Positions 1 to 8,178 of a stretch of DNA of 49,529 nt are shown one piece after another. The DNA lies in contig NZ_JAHDIG010000005.1 of the NCBI RefSeq assembly GCF_020630935.1, positions 64,001 to 113,529 of the forward strand, written 5' to 3'. The stretch comes from Bernardetia sp. Lineage in GTDB: Bacteria; Bacteroidota; Bacteroidia; Cytophagales; Bernardetiaceae. Each line of letters begins with the position of its first letter. Within the stretch, counting starts at the first letter, position 1. Position numbers and translations under genes: made by a program. Below the pieces are notes generated by a model. It was not told the DNA's origin and did not search any database. It worked only from the letters and a program-made list of their open reading frames with translations.

Positions 1-3000
1 TTTCTTCTTTCTCTAACGTAAAATCTAGCGTCAAAACATCTGTAAATGGATTTGGGTAGGCCACAAAAACAGAATTGTTTTCTACATTATTGATGTTCCA
101 ATTTACCTTTTGAATATTAGAATAAGAAAAACTTCCATCTTTATCGATTTGTTTTAGACGGTAGTATGCTTGGTTACTCTTTAGTCCAATCCCTTTATCA
201 ATAAAGGAATAAGATGCCTTTGCTTCACTTGCTGAGATAGACTCATGCACTTGTCCGATAACTTTAAAATCCTTTTCATTAATAGAGCATTCTACTTCAA
301 AGCGACTATGATTTTTTCCCTTAGTTGTTGTCCAGTTCAAAATCGCATCTTCTTCAAACGGACTGACTTTAAAAGATGTAAAGGTAATAGGCAGAATAGT
401 AAATTCATCGTCAGCTCCAAGAGTAAAAGGACTAAATTCATTTACTGTGCCTGCACTCAGTACACCATCGTAAGGTGTGTTGATAAGTCCACCATTGAAA
501 TGGTCTCTCCAAATACTTCCATCCCAACGTACAACTTTTAAATCATTCTCTTCACCAACGGTACAGCTACGAGTATCTTCATAACTAAGAGTAACCACAA
601 CATTAGAAAGACCATTCGTCCTATCTAAGTTCCAATACTCACACTGTCCTACGTGATGAATTGTTACCTCTTTAGAAAATGGGTCATAAGGTGTTACTTG
701 ATGAATGTAGTTGGCTGTGAAATGGTCAGTGGTATTAGCAGGCGCAGAAATTCCGATAGGTGCGCCCCATCCATCATTTCCAACTGGAAAATCAAAAGCA
801 TCATTTCCTATTTTACGTACCCACATATCTGCATGGCTTTCATTAGTAGATATTGTTGAAATAGCATTATCTGGAAAAATAATAAGATGGTCATTGTCAG
901 CTCTAAAAACTCCATTTGTCCAAGTAGCAGAATTGTTTATTACAATATCTGTATTTTGTGTTCTTACTCCTGCACCTGTGTTGAGTATCACTAAATCATA
1001 GAACTGTAACCCTGTTGGAGGTGGAGTATTATCTTGATTTAAAGTTAATGAGGTAGAATTTAGTTGTCCTGTTAGTAAAAAATCATCATCAATAATATAT
1101 AAAGACCAAGTACCTACATATGTTCCTGCATACCCACTCCAATCTTCAATAGGTCTAAAACTGCCTGTTATTGGGTCGGCATATCCGTTGGGAGGTGTAG
1201 TAGCTGCACTCATCGTAAAAGTAACATTCTGATAATCTTGACCGAAACTACCCATATCTGCAGCCACTGTAAAAACAGTTCCATCTGGAGAAGCTAAGTA
1301 AATTTCTATATCATCATTATAAGAGTGGTCTAAATCAATAAATAAATTATTAATTCCTGTATAATTGCCTGCTGGAACATCAAAATTAACAACACGCACA
1401 TAATTTGAATTATAACCATTTAAATCACTTATATCAGTATTTGTTGATGTACCAAATCCACCACCACCACCACTGCCAACAGGAGGAATTGAAAGAGGCA
1501 GCGAAGCAGACGTAGGAAAAGTTACAGTGGGAGGGAGTATATACGAACTAGAACCTGTATGATTGATGAGTTGCAAAGAATTACCATCAAAGCGAATAGT
1601 AGAAGTATTAGGGTTATATGCTCCTTGATTGGTAAAGTTGCCTTCTAATCTAAATAATCCAGTATTTCCATTGAGCACTGCTGTATTATAATTCTGAAAA
1701 TCTCCTTCTACTATGAGAGTTCCATTCCCTACATTTATGACAGCATCAGTGTCATTGATAAGATTACCTTGAATGATAAGTGTTCCCCCATCAAGATTGA
1801 TAGTTCCTCTGTTGGTTACATCTCCATAAACTGTTAGTATCTGACCAGAATTAAAATTAAGGATACTACTAGGTTCTATTTGCAATGTACGACATTCATT
1901 AGCAGATATAGGTATATTCACAGGTACAGTATGAGGATTTATACATCCAATGATAACATTATCATCTAATGTAGGTACAGCATTGGTAATCCAAGTAGAG
2001 GCTGTATTCCAATTTCCACTTGTAGCAGAGTACACCGTACTAAAAGTATTTGGAACAGTAGTAAAGGATACTGTACCACTCACTGCTAAATCACTCAATT
2101 TTCCTTCTGTAACAGCATACACTCTATAGTAATATGTGGTATTGGGAGCTAAACCTGTAATTGTAGCTGAGGTCGTATTGGCAGGTAGTTGTCTATCAAA
2201 AGTATAGTTTACTCCATCAGTAGAACTGTAAAGTACTATGCCTACTTCATTGGATGCATTATCTGTCCAGTCTAGCACAAAAGATGTATTGCCAATACAA
2301 TTTGCTGTTACATCTATTTCTTGCCCAATAACTTCTTCTGGGTTAAAGACATATGTTCTTCTACTTCCGTTACTATTACTATTCAAAGCTGTTATAACTC
2401 CAGAAGGATATGTATTGCTTATCTCTGTTGTACTGACTGTATGATTGGATATATTTACAGATAAGAAGTCATTTCCTACCCCATCTACATAGCCTATGCC
2501 AATATTCCCTGCTGTAATTGTACCTGATGTTCCTTTTGTCATTCTGCCATAAACAAAAGTCATTTGCCCACTACTGATATCTACTGTTGGACGAGAAGTT
2601 TCTTGTATTCTCATCTCAAAACTCGCATCAGCACTTCCACTATTATGACTGACTCTCATATTATTGCATTGGACGATTAGTGTTCTTTGTGGTGCAGTCC
2701 CAATTATTTTGTACCTAATTTCGCCTGTCTGCCAGTCGCCTTCGTCTAATGTTCCTCCTGTGGTACTACTTGCCGAGAATGGGCATAGACGAGCGTGGTC
2801 TGGTATATTATAGGTATTGCCTTCTGAGAAAATTGGCGTAGAACCAAAACGAAGTACTCCATTTGTGTTTACATTAAAGGAGGTAAAGCGTTCTCCCATA
2901 AACCAAACTTCGAAGGGGATATTGACTACAGCACTAGCAGGAACATTGCCTGCTCCATCATTAAAATTAGTGTGATTAAGACCTGTGCCAATGAGGGTTG

Positions 3001-3133
3001 TCCATCCTCCTCCTGCTGTTAAGCTACCAGAGGTAGTAGTGCTAAACGCATAATTTGTAGCATCTTGTGCGTTTGCTCCAAATATAAAAAATAATATTAG
3101 ACAGATTGAAAGGTAAATAGTGTTCTTTTTCAT
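1..3133 (-). CDS. Large secreted surface protein, T9SS cargo (C-terminus runs off the window start); over 1044 aa with signal peptide, Fn3-like and proprotein-convertase P-domain-like segments, a Gly-rich linker and a C-terminal Por/T9SS sorting-domain motif
   Basis: Minus-strand ATG at 3133 gives MKKNTIYLSICLILFFIFGANA/QD, a typical signal peptide. Hand translation stays open through the spot-checked segments. The ORF is missing from the supplied track, which is consistent with it being open to the window edge. Near position 1 the frame reads ...VFVAYPNPFTDVLTLDFTLEK, the YPNP-type motif of T9SS C-terminal domains. A GGGGG linker and an FN3-like YYYRVYAV motif are present. Confidence 0.75.
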   Translation of the reverse strand, partial: MKKNTIYLSICLILFFIFGANAQDATNYAFSTTTSGSLTAGGGWTTLIGTGLNHTNFNDGAGNVPASAVVNIPFEVWFMGERFTSFNVNTNGVLRFGSTPIFSEGNTYNIPDHARLCPFSASSTTGGTLDEGDWQTGEIRYKIIGTAPQRTLIVQCNNMRVSHNSGSADASFEMRIQETSRPTVDISSGQMTFVYGRMTKGTSGTITAGNIGIGYVDGVGNDFLSVNISNHTVSTTEISNTYPSGVITALNSNSNGSRRTYVFNPEEVIGQEIDVTANCIGNTSFVLDWTDNASNEVGIVLYSSTDGVNYTFDRQLPANTTSATITGLAPNTTYYYRVYAVTEGKLSDLAVSGTVSFTTVPNTFSTVYSATSGNWNTASTWITNAVPTLDDNVIIGCINPHTVPVNIPISANECRTLQIEPSSILNFNSGQILTVYGDVTNRGTINLDGGTLIIQGNLINDTDAVINVGNGTLIVEGDFQNYNTAVLNGNTGLFRLEGNFTNQGAYNPNTSTIRFDGNSLQLINHTGSSSYILPPTVTFPTSASLPLSIPPVGSGGGGGFGTSTNTDISDLNGYNSNYVRVVNFDVPAGNYTGINNLFIDLDHSYNDDIEIYLASPDGTVFTVAADMGSFGQDYQNVTFTMSAATTPPNGYADPITGSFRPIEDWSGYAGTYVGTWSLYIIDDDFLLTGQLNSTSLTLNQDNTPPPTGLQFYDLVILNTGAGVRTQNTDIVINNSATWTNGVFRADNDHLIIFPDNAISTISTNESHADMWVRKIGNDAFDFPVGNDGWGAPIGISAPANTTDHFTANYIHQVTPYDPFSKEVTIHHVGQCEYWNLDRTNGLSNVVVTLSYEDTRSCTVGEENDLKVVRWDGSIWRDHFNGGLINTPYDGVLSAGTVNEFSPFTLGADDEFTILPITFTSFKVSPFEEDAILNWTTTKGKNHSRFEVECSINEKDFKVIGQVHESISASEAKASYSFIDKGIGLKSNQAYYRLKQIDKDGSFSYSNIQKVNWNINNVENNSVFVAYPNPFTDVLTLDFTLEKEE

Positions 3134-3287
3134 AAATTTGATGTATTAAGTTGAAATAATAAATAATAGCATTCATCCAAATAAATTTCAGAAGAACAAA
3201 ATCATTTAAAATATAAGATTTTAGCTGTCTTAGCTAATAGCTTTCTTCAAGTTGTAGGCGATCAATTATGAAAATAGAGTTAGAACA

Positions 3288-3437
3288 TCATCTAAAAAAT
3301 ATAGATGAATTGGTCTAGAATACTAACCATGAAACAAAAATTATTGGTGTCGCAATGTTAAGACAACAACGAAGGATATTTCTTTCCTAATTTTTGGCTC
3401 ACAGAATAGTAAATGTATATTAACATCTAGTATTCTA
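3288..3437. repeat. Structured intergenic element, copy 1: 7-bp hairpin (3288-3308) followed by a 10-bp terminal stem TAGAATACTA/TAGTATTCTA (3316-3325 / 3428-3437) enclosing a conserved core (TTGGTGTCGC..ATG.TAA.ACA.CAACGAA....CTCACAGAA.AGTAAAT)
   Basis: The core is about 75% identical to a second copy at 15083-15158. The terminal stems differ in sequence between copies but keep their pairing (covariation). Confidence 0.55.
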
Positions 3438-3631
3438 TAATTACATTACTCTGTTTCTTTATTATTAGTATAATGGGTTTAGTAAAAAAATAATTTTATT
3501 AATTAGTTTTCAATAACAATAGTGAAGGTCGTTTAACAAGTAAAAATAACTTGTGTATGGTTTATACTAAAATACAAAAAAAACATTGTACAACCAAATA
3601 TTTTTGAACATTTTTCATAAAAAATAAAGAT

Positions 3632-4429
3632 ATGTTTAGCACCGAATCCAATTCTTTTTATTCAGATTTAGACAAAATGTCTGTCAAAGAACTACTCACA
3701 AACATTAATACAGAAGATAAGAAAGTAGCCCTTGCTGTTGAAAAGGTTATTCCTCAAATAGAATCTTTAGTAATAGAAATAGTAGAGCGAATGAATACAG
3801 GAGGAAGACTTTTTTATATAGGTGCAGGAACAAGTGGTAGATTAGGAATTGTAGATGCTTCTGAATGCCCTCCAACGTTTGGTGTTTCGCATGGTTTGGT
3901 AGTGGGCATTATGGCAGGAGGAGATAAAGCCATACGCAAGGCTGTAGAGTTTGCTGAAGATGACAAAGAACAGGCTTGGAAAGATTTGTCTGAATATCAT
4001 CTCACTAAAAATGATACACTCATCGGAATTGCAGCCTCTGGAAGAACGCCTTATGTGGTAGGAGGATTAGAAGAAGCAAACAAAAACGGACTTCTGACAG
4101 GCTGTATTGTTTGTAATGAAGGTTCTGAAGTAGCACAAGCAAGTCAGTTTCCGATTGAAGTAATTGTAGGAGCAGAGTTTGTAACAGGCAGCACACGAAT
4201 GAAAGCAGGAACGGCTCAAAAATTAGTCTTGAATATGATTTCTACTTCAGTTATGATACAACTTGGCAGAGTAAAAGGCAACAAAATGGTAGATATGCAA
4301 CTCTCTAACCAAAAGCTCATTGAGAGAGGAACACGCTTTTTGAAAGAAGAACTCAACATTCCAGAAGAAGAAGCTAAAAAACTACTACTAAAATATGGAA
4401 GTGTGAGAGAAGTCTTGAATCAGTTTTGA
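3632..4429 (+). CDS. murQ: N-acetylmuramic acid 6-phosphate etherase
   Basis: 265 aa. SIS-domain motif GAGTSGRLG is present and the full-length pattern is typical of MurQ. Confidence 0.85.
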   Translation: MFSTESNSFYSDLDKMSVKELLTNINTEDKKVALAVEKVIPQIESLVIEIVERMNTGGRLFYIGAGTSGRLGIVDASECPPTFGVSHGLVVGIMAGGDKAIRKAVEFAEDDKEQAWKDLSEYHLTKNDTLIGIAASGRTPYVVGGLEEANKNGLLTGCIVCNEGSEVAQASQFPIEVIVGAEFVTGSTRMKAGTAQKLVLNMISTSVMIQLGRVKGNKMVDMQLSNQKLIERGTRFLKEELNIPEEEAKKLLLKYGSVREVLNQF

Positions 4430-5199
4430 ATCTTCCAAATTTTGGCAGCAGCTTCGGCTTGTCCATGAAGCATTTCTAAGCCGTGAATCGTTTTTGCACC
4501 TTTTTCTTTTCCTTTTTTTAGAAACTCAGTTTCTTCTGGATTATATACCAAATCGTACAGAAAATAGTTTTTATCAATTTTTGAATAATTTTCGCTGGAG
4601 AGTGGAGGAAAACTATCCATATTGGGGTACATTCCTAAAGGAGTGGTATTGATGATGAGTCTATATTGTTCAATTTCAATCTTTGAATAAGGAAAAGTTT
4701 TATAAGCAGAGTTGTCTTGAATTTCTTTTACAGAAGATGATGCAAAATCGAAAGAAATATTCAAATCTTCTAAGGCTATTTTTACTGCTTGTGCTGCGCC
4801 TCCTGTTCCTAAAACTAGAGCTTTCTTATCAAAAACAGTTTTAGAGCCAGTAAATAAAAAATTCTCTAAACTATTTTTGAAGCCAATATAATCTGTGTTA
4901 TAGCCTGTTGTTGTTCCATCTTCTTCTATTTTGATGGTGTTTACTGCTCCAATGCGCTTGGCTATTGGGTCTAGCTTGTCCAAAAATGGAATGACAGATT
5001 TTTTATAAGGAATAGTTACGTTTACTCCTCTAAGACTTACGTTTTCTCTTATTAGTTCTTCAAAATCTTCTATCTCTTCAAGTTCAAAAAGTTCATAGAC
5101 ATATCCATCTTCTTTTAAAAGACCAATTTTTTCAAATTTTTCTGTAAAGTATTTTTTAGAAAACGAGTGAGAGAGAGTTTTTCCAATAAGTCCGAACAT
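4420..5199 (-). CDS. aroE: Shikimate dehydrogenase
   Basis: 259 aa with LIGKTLSHSFS, GVNVTIPYK, GAVNTI, GYNTDYIG, LGTGGAAQA and NTTPLGM motifs. It overlaps the murQ 3' end convergently by 10 bp. Confidence 0.85.
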   Translation of the reverse strand: MFGLIGKTLSHSFSKKYFTEKFEKIGLLKEDGYVYELFELEEIEDFEELIRENVSLRGVNVTIPYKKSVIPFLDKLDPIAKRIGAVNTIKIEEDGTTTGYNTDYIGFKNSLENFLFTGSKTVFDKKALVLGTGGAAQAVKIALEDLNISFDFASSSVKEIQDNSAYKTFPYSKIEIEQYRLIINTTPLGMYPNMDSFPPLSSENYSKIDKNYFLYDLVYNPEETEFLKKGKEKGAKTIHGLEMLHGQAEAAAKIWKIQN

Positions 5200-5207
5200 A
5201 GCTTTTC

Positions 5208-5282
5208 AGTTTACAGTAAACAGTTATCAGTTACCAGTGCTAATTTTCTTGTTTACTGGTAACTGATAACTGCTAACTGATT
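5208..5282. repeat. Heptamer-repeat hairpin: (CAGTNNN)x5 at 5208-5242, 12-nt spacer, inverted (ACTGNTA)x4 at 5255-5282; contains a perfect 18-bp inverted repeat CAGTTATCAGTTACCAGT/ACTGGTAACTGATAACTG
   Basis: Read directly from the sequence. It lies between the aroE start and the tal stop, overlaps the tal stop codon, and probably serves as the tal terminator structure. Confidence 0.7.
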
Positions 5283-5938
5283 TACAGGTTTAATGATTTT
5301 GCATCTTCTAAGAATTTTGCAAGTCCTTTGTCTGTAAGTGGATGGTCTAAAAGACTCATAATTACATTGGCAGGACAAGTAACTACATCAGCACCTACTT
5401 CTGCACATTGCAAAAGGTGCATATTATGACGAATAGAAGCAGCTAAAATTTCTGTTTGGAAACCATAATTTCCAAAAATATCTACCATTTGTTCTATAAG
5501 TTCCATTCCATCTGCTCCTACATCATCTAGGCGACCAATGAAAGGAGAAACATACGTTGCACCTGCTTTGGCTGCCAAAATTGCTTGCCCAGCAGAAAAA
5601 ATAAGTGTACAGTTAGTACGAATGCCTTTTTCTGAAAAATATTTGATAGCACGAATGCCATCTTTTATCATCGGAACTTTCACAACAATTTTATTATCAA
5701 TTTCAGCAAGTTCTTCGCCTTCTCTGATAATATCTTTGTATTCTGTACTGATAACTTCTGCACTTACATTGTCATCTACAATATCACAGATGGCTTTGTA
5801 GTGGCTGAAAATAGCATTTTTACCAGTAATTCCTACTTTTGCCATAAGTGATGGGTTAGTAGTTACTCCATCTAAAACTCCTAATTCTTGACATTCTTTT
5901 ATTTCTTCAAGGTTGGCTGTATCTACGAAAAATTTCAT
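5282..5938 (-). CDS. tal: Transaldolase / fructose-6-phosphate aldolase family (short Tal-FSA type)
   Basis: 218 aa starting [15 protein letters not shown] with ..GVTTNPSL.., as in short transaldolases. Confidence 0.8.
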   Translation of the reverse strand: MKFFVDTANLEEIKECQELGVLDGVTTNPSLMAKVGITGKNAIFSHYKAICDIVDDNVSAEVISTEYKDIIREGEELAEIDNKIVVKVPMIKDGIRAIKYFSEKGIRTNCTLIFSAGQAILAAKAGATYVSPFIGRLDDVGADGMELIEQMVDIFGNYGFQTEILAASIRHNMHLLQCAEVGADVVTCPANVIMSLLDHPLTDKGLAKFLEDAKSLNL

Positions 5939-6146
5939 TGTTGTTTTCTTAAAAGTGAATGTTTTTTGATAGTGGGTAGCTATATATGATTATAAAACTT
6001 AAATCCAAGTCATTTCGTTTTACTAATCATAGTTGCTATATTTTTAAGTTTTACAAAGATGCGTTTTTTCTGTCAAAAAATCTGTTCTTATTTTTGTAAA
6101 TATTGAAAATCTCTTAACCTACAATTCTACATTTAAAAATTATACT

Positions 6147-6572
6147 ATGCATAATTTTCCAGTTCCTTCAGAGTTTCTCAAAAAACATGACCTTCGCAAA
6201 ACACCTTGTCGTATGGCTATTTTAGAATCTTTTTTGAGTGCAAAAACAGCCCTTTCACATCAAAATATTGAAGAACTTGTGGGAGAAGAATTTGATAGAG
6301 TTACTATTTATAGAACTCTCACTGCTTTCGAAGAAAAAGGGATTTTACACAAAGTACCCGATATGACAGGACAGGCAAAATATGCCCTTTGTGAGAGTAA
6401 CTGCGAGGAGCATCAACATAAGAAAAACCATGTTCATTTTAAGTGTCAAGAATGCCAAAATGTATATTGTCTTTCTCAGATACAACTCCCCAATCTGCAT
6501 CTTCCATCAGGATATAAGGTAAAAGAAGCTGAGTTTTTGCTAAGTGGAGTTTGCGAACAGTGTAATTTTTAA
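6147..6572 (+). CDS. Fur-family metalloregulator (Fur/Zur/PerR-like)
   Basis: 141 aa with DNA-binding helix RVTIYRTLTAFEEKGIL and C-terminal HQHKK.H..C..C ... C..C metal-binding motifs. Confidence 0.75.
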   Translation: MHNFPVPSEFLKKHDLRKTPCRMAILESFLSAKTALSHQNIEELVGEEFDRVTIYRTLTAFEEKGILHKVPDMTGQAKYALCESNCEEHQHKKNHVHFKCQECQNVYCLSQIQLPNLHLPSGYKVKEAEFLLSGVCEQCNF

Positions 6573-6735
6573 TCTAAAAAAGGGTAGAAATAACCTATTA
6601 GTTAGCTCCAATACATTCAAATATAAGATTCGATAGAAGGTGTTTCTTTCGGTAAGTTGTTGTTATTTTTCGACAAACAATCTGTTTTTTACGATAAAAT
6701 GTAAATTTTTTCTTATCTTTAAATAGATTAATATA

Positions 6736-6759
6736 CTAGCGATATATTATTATCGTTAG
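6736..6759. promoter_or_regulatory. Imperfect palindrome CTAGCGATATATTATTATCGTTAG (Fur-box-like GATA..ATTATC hexamers) 9 bp upstream of the 6768 ORF
   Basis: Arms CTAGCGATA / TATCGTTAG match 8/9. It contains GATATAT-T-ATTATC, which resembles the GATAAT/ATTATC Fur-box hexamers, and sits immediately downstream of a Fur-family gene. Confidence 0.35.
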
Positions 6760-6767
6760 TAAGGTAA

Positions 6768-7559
6768 ATGGCTATTCTTAAGCTAAAAGAAAAGGAATTT
6801 CTAAAAGACCTTACCATGAAACACTATTTTACTCTACTTTTTACGAAAAAAATAATACGATTTCTGACACTACTACTTATTCTATTGGTAGCCATGCCAG
6901 CTATTGACGTGCCTCAAGCAGAAGCACAAACAAAAAAAACAGGAAATTTTTTTACGAGAAGATTTAAAAGAAAGAATAAGTTTCAACGTAAATCTAAAAG
7001 TAGTACAGCTTTTCAGCGTAAACCTTTCAAGTGTTCAGAAGTGGGCAAGCAAAAAGTAAAGCAACTGAAAGTATCTAAAAAACAGCTTCGTAGATGGGAA
7101 GAAGAAAGATTAGTCAAGGCAGAGCAAGAGAGATTGAGAGAACAACGCCAAGCTAGAGTAACAGAAAAGAAGGAGGAAGTAGTTCTGACAGCTTCAACAG
7201 ATAATGATATTAGCCAAGTAGCAAAAAAGGAACACGAAAAAGTTAAGAAGACAGAACAAAAAGAAGAGTCCACTCCAAAAGGTTGGTATTCTTCTGAAAC
7301 ACCAGATGCTCCAAAAGTACCCCCTTTTCTCTTCAATCAGAAAAACGAAATAGAAAATCAGAGAAGTAGAGAAGAAGTAGAGACAGTAGCCAAATATTCA
7401 AGATTAGGGTATCTTATTGTCTTGAAAAGTAGTAATGAAAAGCAGCTTCAAAAGGCAAAAGAATACTTAATTTCTCTTGGGGCAGAAAAAGAAAATATCA
7501 AACTAGATTCCTCTGTATCTGACAAAGAAAATCAAGTTGAAATCAAGATAGAAAAATAA
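6768..7559 (+). CDS. Membrane-anchored, highly charged K/E/R-rich protein with a possible C-terminal SPOR-like domain
   Basis: N-terminal hydrophobic segment FLTLLLILLVAMPAI, a long coiled-coil-like charged region, and C-terminal ..GYLIVLKSSNEKQLQKAKEYLISLGAE.. which resembles a SPOR fold pattern. The true start may be the internal MKHYF. Confidence 0.45.
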   Translation: MAILKLKEKEFLKDLTMKHYFTLLFTKKIIRFLTLLLILLVAMPAIDVPQAEAQTKKTGNFFTRRFKRKNKFQRKSKSSTAFQRKPFKCSEVGKQKVKQLKVSKKQLRRWEEERLVKAEQERLREQRQARVTEKKEEVVLTASTDNDISQVAKKEHEKVKKTEQKEESTPKGWYSSETPDAPKVPPFLFNQKNEIENQRSREEVETVAKYSRLGYLIVLKSSNEKQLQKAKEYLISLGAEKENIKLDSSVSDKENQVEIKIEK

Positions 7560-7704
7560 AACAGATACTTGCAAGCTTTTACCCTTTCATTTCACAAAAT
7601 GGAAGGGTATTTTTTTGTAATGATATAAGTTTAGAAATGAGTACCTTTGCTTCATAATTCTAATTTCTGTCAGAACAAACACAAACAGCAATTTTATTTC
7701 AAAA

Positions 7705-8010
7705 ATGATTTTATACAACGTTACTGTAAATGTAGAAGATAGCATTCATAAAGACTGGCTCAACTGGATGAAAGAAACACATATTCCTGATGTGATGAAA
7801 ACAGGGATGTTTAAAGAAAATAAAATATTAAAACTGCTTTCCAAACTTCCCGAAGAGCAAGGAACAACGTATGCCATTCAATATTTTTGTAATTCCTTAG
7901 AAGATTTAGAAAACTATCAACAAAATTTTGCGCCCAAACTTCAAGAAGACCATGTTAAAAGATATGGCAACAAAGCGATAGCTTTTCGTACCATTTTAGA
8001 AGAAGTTTAA
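7705..8010 (+). CDS. DUF4286-family small protein
   Basis: 101 aa beginning MILYNVTVNVE, the typical DUF4286 N-terminus from Bacteroidota. Confidence 0.6.
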   Translation: MILYNVTVNVEDSIHKDWLNWMKETHIPDVMKTGMFKENKILKLLSKLPEEQGTTYAIQYFCNSLEDLENYQQNFAPKLQEDHVKRYGNKAIAFRTILEEV

Positions 8011-8178
8011 ATGAATGAACAATTAAAAATTGATGTTTTCATTCTAAAATCAGAATGCTAACTTCTAAAATTGGATTTTAAATTCTAGTCAAAGACAAGC
8101 CTTTAACCTACATTATTAAATAAATCAACTGGTCTTTTCCATTCTACAAATCTAAATTCTACCCTCTAAACTCAAGAT

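Noticed and set aside
245-1001. Plus-strand ORFs 245..541, 653..859, 711..1001 and 2238..2444
   Set aside because: They lie antisense within the long, well-supported minus-strand surface-protein ORF, and their translations are low-complexity. This is typical spurious ORF noise in AT-rich DNA.
5538-5801. Plus-strand ORF 5538..5801
   Set aside because: Antisense within tal; its hydrophobic low-complexity translation has no motif.
7013-7336. Antisense and overlapping small ORFs inside confident genes (7013..7336, 8436..8681, 8653..8952, 9316..9510, 9617..9913, 9871..10083, 10347..10793, 12472..12678, 13192..13383, 14030..14334, 15219..15639, 16415..16690, 17421..17618, 21852..22311, 22842..23389, 24704..24979, 25794..26438, 27657..28010, 29421..29669, 34948..35139, 36201..36392, 38109..38381, 38943..39152, 41459..42862, 46188..46388, 46514..46765, 47278..47580)
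   Set aside because: All are embedded in or antisense to ORFs with clear family signatures such as EF-Tu, RecA, IDH and PurL. Their translations are Ser/Cys/Phe-rich low-complexity strings with no motifs.
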